23,816 bases of DNA from Candidatus Woesearchaeota archaeon (GTDB taxonomy: Archaea; Nanobdellota; Nanobdellia; Woesearchaeales; SKGA01). Shown here one piece after another: positions 8,283 to 15,566 of this stretch; position 1 is the first letter of the stretch; each line of letters opens with the position of its first letter. The notes under the pieces were generated by a model. That model saw only the letters and a list, made by a program, of their open reading frames with translations. It was not told the DNA's origin and made no database searches. The position numbers and the translations under genes were made by a program. The stretch covers positions 1 to 23,816 of the forward strand of contig JAFGOT010000025.1 of NCBI GenBank assembly GCA_016926395.1, given 5' to 3'.

Positions 8283-8438
8283 CTCAGTGCATCACGGTTT
8301 GGTTTGATAATCTATAACACGAGTATCTAAACTAGTGTTACTCCTGTAAAGAGAAGTATTTAAATCTTTTTAAGTGAAAGAGGTTCGCACCATATTATTT
8401 ATAAAGGAATATTCATTTTGGCTTTTTCCGGTGAAAAA

Positions 8439-8642
8439 ATGACTGTTGAACAATATAAACAAACTATGGACATTTACTTCAATGGAATTAACCCAATAAA
8501 CCCAAACAACACAATAACTGCAAACATTCAAAATAAAGAGATTAATGAATTTTACAGAGTCACAAAAAACCCAGTTATTACTCAAACCAAAGAAGAAGGG
8601 GATTTGGAAATTAAGTTACCAAGTGAAGTATTTTTTGGATGA
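8439..8642 (+). CDS. Small hypothetical protein (67 aa)
   Basis: TTATAAA at ~8399-8405 and SD GGTGA at 8430-8434 precede ATG 8439, a better start than TTG 8418. Ends 2 nt from the ATPase stop codon. Confidence 0.55.
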   Translation: MTVEQYKQTMDIYFNGINPINPNNTITANIQNKEINEFYRVTKNPVITQTKEEGDLEIKLPSEVFFG

Positions 8643-8644
8643 GG

Positions 8645-11371
8645 TTAACAAACCTCTCCAACTTTATATTTTCGACCAAAATATTTTCTAATTTCTTCTA
8701 TTATTAAGATTAGCATTCCACCTAAAACCATCCAAGGAATTAGTTCGAATGGAAATTTTGAAGTCCCAAAGAAATGACCAACTACAGGCACATACATCAT
8801 CAATATTAAAGTTCCAAAACCAACTAATTCTCCAATTAAAAATAAATTATTTTTCCAAAATGATTTCTTTAAAGCACTAACACGTAAAGTTCGACAACTA
8901 ATATTATTGAATACTTGAGTTACTAATATGCTTGCAAAGAAAGTTGTGACTGCCATCAAGTATAATGGGTCGGTTACAGATAGTGAAGTTCCAAACCACC
9001 AACCACCTTCTTTTAGTACGGTAAAAAATAACACATAGCCTATCAACGATTGTAAAGGACCAACCACACCATAAGATCGCAGTAACATTTTCGGAGTTAG
9101 TAATTTAGCTTTTGGATTTCTAGGTTTTTGCTTCATAACATCACTTTCAGGATCTTCTATTCCTAAAGAAATTCCTGGAAGCATATCCGTTATCAAATCA
9201 ATAGATAAGATTATCAGTACTGGAAGAGCTAAAGGCCAATCAAACAACACAAAAAATAAGAAAGGAAGTATCTCAGGAATATTACTTGTTAAAATATATA
9301 ATATGAATTTTTTTATATTGTCAAATACAGTTCTTCCACTTTTTATTGCTTCAACTATTGTTGCGAAATTATCATCTAACAATACAATATTAGCAGCATC
9401 TTTAGCAACATCTGTTCCACTTTTACCCATTGCCACTCCAACATCTGCAGCCTTTAAAGCAGGAGCATCGTTAACACCATCGCCAGTTACAGCCACTATT
9501 TCTCCCATTTCTTGAAGTGCTTTTACAACTCGAAGTTTATCAGCAGGCAAGGCTTGAGAAAATACCATATTCCCATGTTTTATTACTTTCTTTAATTCCC
9601 TATCATCCATTTTAGAAAGCATTTCACTAGTTATTATTACGGGCTTCTTCCCATCAATTATTCCTACTTGCTTAGCAATTGCTGCAACTGTTGTTCCTTG
9701 ATCACCCGATATAACAAATATTCTTATTCCAGCACTAGTACATTGTTGCACAGCATCAGCAACTTCTTTTCTAGGAGGATCTTGTAAAGCCACAAGTCCT
9801 AAGAATATATATTTTCCATTTGTTAGGATTTCTTCATCATCTTTATTAGTTGGGCTATACGCTATTGCTAGAACTCGCATTCCTTTTTTAGACAATTCTA
9901 AATTCTCTTTTAGAATTTCTTTTATTTGAGCTTCAGTTAACTTAACCTTTGAATTTCCTTTAACAGAATAAAAACATTTTTTCAAAACAACTTCAGGAGA
10001 ACCTTTAATATAAGCATTATGATGGTATTCTGTTTTATCACTAGTTATCATATATTTTGTTTCAGAATCAAATGGAATTTCACACATTCGTTTTACATTT
10101 TGGTAAGAATCAACTGTTTTTTGAGACAAAGCCAATTCTTTTAATGCAACATCAGTTGGATCGCCAAGAACAGTAGTTTCTTCAATTACAGAATTATTAC
10201 AAAGATACATCGCATCAATCAAGAAACCAAATCCCTTGTGTTGAGCTGCATGTAAGTATAAATTTTCTTCTGCATTATAGAATGTTTTATGAAATTTGTC
10301 AAAGTCATATGAGACTCCTTCAAAATATAATTTTTTTGCAGAAAGTTTATTTTCAGTGAGCGTTCCTGTTTTATCAGTACAAATCACAGTCACACTCCCA
10401 ATAGTTTCAATTGACTCCATATCTTTTACTAAAGCGTTTTTCTTTGCCATTCTTTGAGCTGCAAGAGAAAGAGTTAAAGTAACAGTTGGAAGTAAACCCT
10501 CAGGAACATTAGCCACAATTATTCCAATTCCAAACACAATACTGTGCCAAAAATTATGACCTATAAATACCCCAATAATAAAAAATGAAATACCTAAAAA
10601 AATTGCGATGCTCGAAATAACTTTTACAAATTCATTCAATTCTTTTTTTATTTTTGATTCTTTAACAGTAACAGTATCTGTTAAATGAGCTATTTTTCCT
10701 ATTTCCGTTTCATCACCAGTCCTCACAACAATTGCTTTTCCAGTTCCTGATCGCACAAGCGTTCCTGAGAACAACATGTTTCTTGATTCTAACTCTTTTT
10801 CACTCGTGCAATCAACAGATCTTAATTGAGGTTCTGATTCTCCTGTAAGCATCGAGTGATCAACTTTTAGGTGATGAGCTTCAATTAATCTAGCATCAGC
10901 AGGAATTTTGTCGCCCTCATTTAGCAATATTATATCTCCTGGAACTAAATATTTAGCTTCAATTTCAATTTCTTTCCCATCACGCATGACATCTATTTTA
11001 GGAGGTAGTAAGTTCTTGAAACTATTCATTGCTTGTTCTGCTCGATAATCTTGTATAAATGTAAATAAAGCATTTAGAACAGTAACACCAATTAATGCAT
11101 AACCAATTAAGTGACCTTCATCTCCAGATACAAAAAAGTCTCCAATAAAAGACAAAAGAGCACCAACCAATAATAATATTGAAAAGAAATTTTTAAATTG
11201 TAATAAGAATTTAATCAACAAAGGCGTTTTTTTCTTCTCTGTGATTTCATTATAACCGTAAGAATGAATTAATTTTTCTGCTCTAGATGTGGCAAGACCA
11301 GTTTCTCTAGTTTCTAAATAATCATAAAGTTCTTCGATAGATTTCTTATGTGCATCAACTACCACTCCCAT
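8645..11371 (-). CDS. P-type ATPase, Na+,K+/H+,K+-ATPase-like (P2C) alpha subunit
   Basis: DKTGT phosphorylation site, TGESEPQ, KGSPE, GDGVNDAPALK; M4 GIIVANVPEG, M5 YILTSNIPE and M6 ILSIDLITDMLP match Na,K-ATPase rather than SERCA. Confidence 0.93.
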   Translation of the reverse strand: MGVVVDAHKKSIEELYDYLETRETGLATSRAEKLIHSYGYNEITEKKKTPLLIKFLLQFKNFFSILLLVGALLSFIGDFFVSGDEGHLIGYALIGVTVLNALFTFIQDYRAEQAMNSFKNLLPPKIDVMRDGKEIEIEAKYLVPGDIILLNEGDKIPADARLIEAHHLKVDHSMLTGESEPQLRSVDCTSEKELESRNMLFSGTLVRSGTGKAIVVRTGDETEIGKIAHLTDTVTVKESKIKKELNEFVKVISSIAIFLGISFFIIGVFIGHNFWHSIVFGIGIIVANVPEGLLPTVTLTLSLAAQRMAKKNALVKDMESIETIGSVTVICTDKTGTLTENKLSAKKLYFEGVSYDFDKFHKTFYNAEENLYLHAAQHKGFGFLIDAMYLCNNSVIEETTVLGDPTDVALKELALSQKTVDSYQNVKRMCEIPFDSETKYMITSDKTEYHHNAYIKGSPEVVLKKCFYSVKGNSKVKLTEAQIKEILKENLELSKKGMRVLAIAYSPTNKDDEEILTNGKYIFLGLVALQDPPRKEVADAVQQCTSAGIRIFVISGDQGTTVAAIAKQVGIIDGKKPVIITSEMLSKMDDRELKKVIKHGNMVFSQALPADKLRVVKALQEMGEIVAVTGDGVNDAPALKAADVGVAMGKSGTDVAKDAANIVLLDDNFATIVEAIKSGRTVFDNIKKFILYILTSNIPEILPFLFFVLFDWPLALPVLIILSIDLITDMLPGISLGIEDPESDVMKQKPRNPKAKLLTPKMLLRSYGVVGPLQSLIGYVLFFTVLKEGGWWFGTSLSVTDPLYLMAVTTFFASILVTQVFNNISCRTLRVSALKKSFWKNNLFLIGELVGFGTLILMMYVPVVGHFFGTSKFPFELIPWMVLGGMLILIIEEIRKYFGRKYKVGEVC

Positions 11372-11394
11372 AGAACAAATAATACTAAAACCAA

Positions 11395-11402
11395 TTTATA
11401 AA
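11395..11402 (-). promoter_or_regulatory. Archaeal TATA box of the P-type ATPase gene
   Basis: TTTATAAA with 23 nt between it and ATG 11371. Confidence 0.55.
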
Positions 11403-11468
11403 AGATTCACAACACTATACAGGGACGACTTAAACAAATAAAAATTAAGCAATAGAATATTTTGTTAT

Positions 11469-12071
11469 TCATAATAAAATAACTAAAACTATAGCAGCAA
11501 TAATTGGGATAACAATATTATCATCCATAAAATCAGTTCTATAAAGCGCTTCAATCCCTTCAAAAAACATAGAAACTAAACCAGCAATTAGTGCAGGCCA
11601 AAAAGGAACAAAAATACTGGCAACCAAACCCCCAAGTATTGCTCCCAAAGCATGACCTTCTAAATATTTTTTACTAAAAGGATGTTTAAACCTGCCAAAA
11701 TTTTTGCTAATCAATGGAGATACGCTGTCTGCAATTCCTAAAATTAATATTGCAGCACCAGCTATGTGATCTGGAAAAAATAAAGTAACAATTAAAGAAC
11801 CTAGCAAGAAAGCGACAAATCCCCCCCCTCTAAGTCCCGCCTCTTCTTCAGGTCGTTCAGTCAACTTTAAAATATCTTCAAATAAAGGTATTGAAAATCC
11901 TTCATCTAAAGCCCACGCGGCCATAAGAGAAAGAGCAAACAAAATAAGTATAACAAATTCTCCAAATAACCCAAAGCCAACACTTAAACCTAAAATTAAA
12001 CCTAAAGTAATATGTAGTAATTGTCTTTTTAGTTCCCTAGAAAATGTTTCATTCGAAAAGATCTTCATCAA
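11469..12071 (-). CDS. CTP-dependent polyprenol/phytol/dolichol/DAG kinase family membrane protein (SEC59/DGK1/VTE5-like)
   Basis: RQLLH near the N-terminus, LGIADSVSPLISKNFGR, KYLEG (KS/TxEG-like) and DDNIVIP, with multiple TM helices. Start is TTG 12071 or ATG 12068, overlapping the CBS gene end. Confidence 0.8.
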   Translation of the reverse strand: MMKIFSNETFSRELKRQLLHITLGLILGLSVGFGLFGEFVILILFALSLMAAWALDEGFSIPLFEDILKLTERPEEEAGLRGGGFVAFLLGSLIVTLFFPDHIAGAAILILGIADSVSPLISKNFGRFKHPFSKKYLEGHALGAILGGLVASIFVPFWPALIAGLVSMFFEGIEALYRTDFMDDNIVIPIIAAIVLVILL

Positions 12072-12552
12072 TATCTAAACCATCCTTTTCAACTATTTTT
12101 TGAATATGTCTTTGCCTGTGTTCTTCTTGCAATCTTAATTGTTCAATAGTCAAATCAATCATAGCAGGTTCAATTCTCAAAATATCTTTTACAGTTAGAA
12201 ATCCAACTAATTCCCCATCAGAAATTACAGGAAGTTGTTTAATATTATTTTCATTCATTAATTCCATAGCGTCACTTACATCATCAGTTGGATTTACAGA
12301 AATTATTGTTTTAGACATTATATCTTCAACTTTAAGATCCGAGCAACACTTTCCATCCGCAACAGCTTTATAGACAATATCATCCAGAGTAAAAATACCC
12401 TCTAATTTTTTGTCATTCAATACTAAAAGACTCCCAATAGAGTGTCTTCTCATTAAATCAGCCGCCTCTACAACATTCTTACCCGATGCAATTACAACAG
12501 GTCGTCTTGTCATAACTTCTGAAACCTGAATAAAATTTCTAACATCTCCCAT
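12049..12552 (-). CDS. CBS-pair (Bateman) domain protein
   Basis: Two CBS repeats: VSEVMTRRPVVI...IGSLLVL...GIFT..DI and VEDIMSKTII...IKQLPVI...GFLT.KDI. Confidence 0.92.
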   Translation of the reverse strand: MGDVRNFIQVSEVMTRRPVVIASGKNVVEAADLMRRHSIGSLLVLNDKKLEGIFTLDDIVYKAVADGKCCSDLKVEDIMSKTIISVNPTDDVSDAMELMNENNIKQLPVISDGELVGFLTVKDILRIEPAMIDLTIEQLRLQEEHRQRHIQKIVEKDGLDIDEDLFE

Positions 12553-12616
12553 TTTTAACCCTTAAATAACATTTAGCAGAGTTTAATTTATAAGAATTTC
12601 TATTGTTTATAAGGAA

Positions 12617-13354
12617 TCAAAACATATACTGTTTTACAACTGATTTGTTTGGCCATTCATGCTCAGGATATATCTCGTTAAAAAAGCGCATAGCCAATTT
12701 ATAAGGCATTCTATGACTGTCAAATCGATGAATTAGTTGATTATAAGATAATAAGAATTTATCTTTAAAATTATCAGGAGAGGGCTTTGGACTCTGTTCA
12801 ATAAATCTAAAAAGATTGGTTAAACTCCTAATAGTCACATCTTCATATCGTTCTAAAAACTCACGCATTAATTCATTTTTTTGCTTTAGAGTATAATAAC
12901 CAAAAACATCTGTGCATTCAATAGCTTCTTCAACATTACTACAATTAACAGTCGTTCCATTCTTTTTCTCAGAGAAACCATTCAATTTAGGATGAGAATG
13001 ACCATTTGTTTTTTTAGGAATTTCATACACTGGCTCAATTATCTTATTTGATTCATTGGTTTCTTCAATCTTTTTTAACTCGTTTTGTTTAAAATCAATA
13101 GCATTTTGTTCTACAACTTTACTGATATCCTCTTGTGATGAGAAGGTAGAATGTTTAGTCAATACAGCTGATTTTGAAATTGTGTTTCTAGCAGTTAGAC
13201 GTCTAGTTTCAGCTAAAAAATCCATAATTTCAGCAGATCTCTCAGGATTCGCAAAATACAACTCATAAAGTTTATTACGGTTAATACCTATCTTGCCAGA
13301 AAGATAATCATCAAATAAAACATTCTCTAAAGACTCGACTTCATTAACCACCAT
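12617..13354 (-). CDS. Hypothetical protein (245 aa)
   Basis: Long ATG ORF with TTTATAA at 13379-13385; two predicted helical regions joined by a polar linker; no family recognised. Confidence 0.7.
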   Translation of the reverse strand: MVVNEVESLENVLFDDYLSGKIGINRNKLYELYFANPERSAEIMDFLAETRRLTARNTISKSAVLTKHSTFSSQEDISKVVEQNAIDFKQNELKKIEETNESNKIIEPVYEIPKKTNGHSHPKLNGFSEKKNGTTVNCSNVEEAIECTDVFGYYTLKQKNELMREFLERYEDVTIRSLTNLFRFIEQSPKPSPDNFKDKFLLSYNQLIHRFDSHRMPYKLAMRFFNEIYPEHEWPNKSVVKQYMF

Positions 13355-13435
13355 AGAGTGAACTTTTGTAAGATGTAGTTTATAATGATTTATAGTCCAG
13401 AAAATTGAAATTTAAAAAGGAGGTAAGAAAATAAA

Positions 13436-13525
13436 AAAACCAGAACACAGACCACGTTAATTATTAGCGAAGACAAACAAGCCCGCTGAAAACCAGAACA
13501 CAGACCACGTTAATTATTAGCGAAG
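13436..13525. repeat. Two identical 37-bp direct repeats separated by 16 bp
   Basis: AAAACCAGAACACAGACCACGTTAATTATTAGCGAAG at 13436-13472 and 13489-13525; spacer ACAAACAAGCCCGCTG at 13473-13488. Confidence 0.95.
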
Positions 13526-13537
13526 CTAATAATTAAC
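13509..13537. terminator. Perfect 13-bp hairpin with a GAA/TTC triloop overlapping the stop codon of the 658-aa gene
   Basis: GTTAATTATTAGC-GAA-GCTAATAATTAAC; on the minus strand it is followed by GTGGTCTGTGTTCTGGTTTT. The structure is seen directly; a terminator role is inferred. Confidence 0.6.
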
Positions 13538-15502
13538 TAACACTTCCACGTCTTCTCCAAAAATGTCCTTCAAGTCGTCGAATAACGCTCCTTTTATAAA
13601 CACTTTTGGAGGGATTTCAACAGCCATTATTGCCGATTCTAATTCTTCTAAGGATATTTTGGTTTTATCAATAAGAGTCCCTAGTTTAGTTATTTTTGCT
13701 CGAGTTATTTTTTTATCAACATCATCTAAGTCATGTATTACAAATGCATGATCTCCAAGCAAAATAACGTCTCCAAACTTATTATCCCCATACTTAACAC
13801 GAACTTTTGTTTTCTCTAACTCTTGTCCTCGTTTTCTTTGTATGTGATCAACAAGTAATTTAATTAATTCTCTAGATTCTCGCAAGATTAATCCAGCTTC
13901 TTGTTTATTTAGCTTATCAGAATCAAATTTCTTTTTAGCATCAACTAGTTCTTTGATTAATCTTTTTGTATGTTCAGGCACAAGACCTTTTTTTACAATA
14001 TGAGTAGAAAATAAACCTTCAACATCTTTTTCATCAACAGAATCTAAACCTTCAAGACGAAGTGCATCTCGCAAAATTGTAATCATTTGCTCATAAGTAT
14101 GAACTACTTCTTCACCTTGTTTTTTTACATCAATTTCTTCAAAGAGTTTTTGTATACGTTTTAGATATTCATCAGATTCTCTGACAATTTCATCAACCTC
14201 TTTTCCAGTCACGTGTTTTCTATTTCCATGTTCAAATTCTTTTCTAATGTGAAGAACTTTCTCCAAAGTCTTAACATAGTTTGGTTCTAGAAGTTTTTCT
14301 TTTTTAATTAATATATTTCTCATCGCATCAGGAGTTTCTTTTGGTGTTGTTGGAGGAATCCCACACATCATCAAAGCTGCCTGAGAAGGAGTAAGTAATG
14401 CCCAAAATAAGTCTTCCATCACAATATCTCTAAGTTTAGCGTGAATTCGATCCATAAATTGATTTCCTGATTGCATAAACATCTCAATTGCTTCTGGACT
14501 TGGTTTAATTCGTCCCATTCGAAGTAGTTGTTTCCAAGGCATAAAAACTCCTCTGTCATAAAATGGAACACCAGAACGAAGTAGAGTAAAGATTACAGGA
14601 TTTGCATCTTTTATGTTCTCCCAGAAATCAGTTAGAATGTAAACTTGAACATTTAGCTTGTTATGGATACCAGTCATTTGTCCAGCTTCAGCACCCATTC
14701 CAATAATAATAGAACGTAGCTTATCTAGAAGCTCAACTCGAGTCATTTTTTTAACGTCAGTATCATCAATTACAATAAATACATCAATATCGCTTTCAGG
14801 AGTGGCTTTTCCTTGTGTTAAACTTCCCGAAAGAACATAAGATACAATATACTTCTCGAATTTGTTTAGAACCATCTGTTTATGAACTTCTGAGATTTTA
14901 ACAGCTGCCATCATCCCTTTATCATAAACTGTAGCTCCCATTGCAATCATTTGCAAAGTATCGTGTTTTGAGTCATAACATTGTTGCCATAATTCGCTTA
15001 GAAGAAGTGCTTGGACTTTTAGATTTTTATCAGATGCTGCTGCCTGCTCATCCACTGCTTTTTGAACTTTTTCTAGAAGTTCATGTTTAGGAAGTTTGTT
15101 TGAATCTTCATCATCAATCAAAACAAGCGCATTTATTTGGTCTTTATTTTCTTCGTTCTTTTCTGGCGGAAGAAGAGTTATTCCCATAACATAAGCATCA
15201 AGTCTTGCCAATATTTTTGTTTTAAATTTTTCTAAACTTTTTCTAATAGTAATTAATTGTTCTTTTTGATCAGCAGGTATTTGCTCTATTACTTTATCTA
15301 ATTCTGTTTGTTCTTTAGAATTATCTTTTTTTATAGGTGCAGATTTTCCAGGAACATATTGATCTACTTTAATATCGGTTGATTTTGAAACTTTTGATTG
15401 TTTAACTGCTTTTTTTGCTGGCATCTTAGCTACTTTTGTAGTTGCTTTCTTTGTCGCTTTCTTTGCAACGCTTTTTGTTTTTGTTTGTTTTTTACCTGGC
15501 AT
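13526..15502 (-). CDS. Nucleotidyltransferase-HEPN fusion protein with Lys/Ala-rich N-terminal tail
   Basis: MNT motifs VLSGSLTQG...SDIDVFIVIDD; HEPN-type RX4H motif RKEFEH (14228-14245); an upstream degenerate NTase-like domain; SD GGGGTG before the ATG. Confidence 0.85.
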   Translation of the reverse strand: MPGKKQTKTKSVAKKATKKATTKVAKMPAKKAVKQSKVSKSTDIKVDQYVPGKSAPIKKDNSKEQTELDKVIEQIPADQKEQLITIRKSLEKFKTKILARLDAYVMGITLLPPEKNEENKDQINALVLIDDEDSNKLPKHELLEKVQKAVDEQAAASDKNLKVQALLLSELWQQCYDSKHDTLQMIAMGATVYDKGMMAAVKISEVHKQMVLNKFEKYIVSYVLSGSLTQGKATPESDIDVFIVIDDTDVKKMTRVELLDKLRSIIIGMGAEAGQMTGIHNKLNVQVYILTDFWENIKDANPVIFTLLRSGVPFYDRGVFMPWKQLLRMGRIKPSPEAIEMFMQSGNQFMDRIHAKLRDIVMEDLFWALLTPSQAALMMCGIPPTTPKETPDAMRNILIKKEKLLEPNYVKTLEKVLHIRKEFEHGNRKHVTGKEVDEIVRESDEYLKRIQKLFEEIDVKKQGEEVVHTYEQMITILRDALRLEGLDSVDEKDVEGLFSTHIVKKGLVPEHTKRLIKELVDAKKKFDSDKLNKQEAGLILRESRELIKLLVDHIQRKRGQELEKTKVRVKYGDNKFGDVILLGDHAFVIHDLDDVDKKITRAKITKLGTLIDKTKISLEELESAIMAVEIPPKVFIKGALFDDLKDIFGEDVEVLVNY

Positions 15503-15566
15503 TTTTTGTGCACCCCTAAATATAATCTTTATAGATTATTAAATATTAAGTATTTATCATCGAAAT

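Noticed and set aside
8645-11371. SERCA-like Ca2+-ATPase call
   Set aside because: M5 TSNIPE and M6 IDLITD match Na,K-ATPase; SERCA has SSNVGE and VNLVTD.
13473-13480. Spacer 8-mer ACAAACAA matching the start of the NTase-HEPN gene (~15481-15488)
   Set aside because: Eight low-complexity bases in an AT-rich genome are expected by chance.
13436-13525. CRISPR array interpretation of the 37-bp repeats
   Set aside because: Only two repeats, a 16-nt spacer far shorter than CRISPR spacers, no cas genes in the window, and the repeat contains an inverted copy of the adjacent gene end.
12617-13525. Type III toxin-antitoxin (repeat RNA upstream of a toxin)
   Set aside because: Hairpin precedes rather than follows the repeats, the 245-aa ORF has its own TATA-like motif downstream of the repeats, and I see no ToxN/CptN/TenpN similarity.
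13509-13537. DGR target-site hairpin (GRA triloop)
   Set aside because: No reverse transcriptase, no adenine-mismatched TR/VR pair seen, and no + strand target gene upstream of the hairpin.
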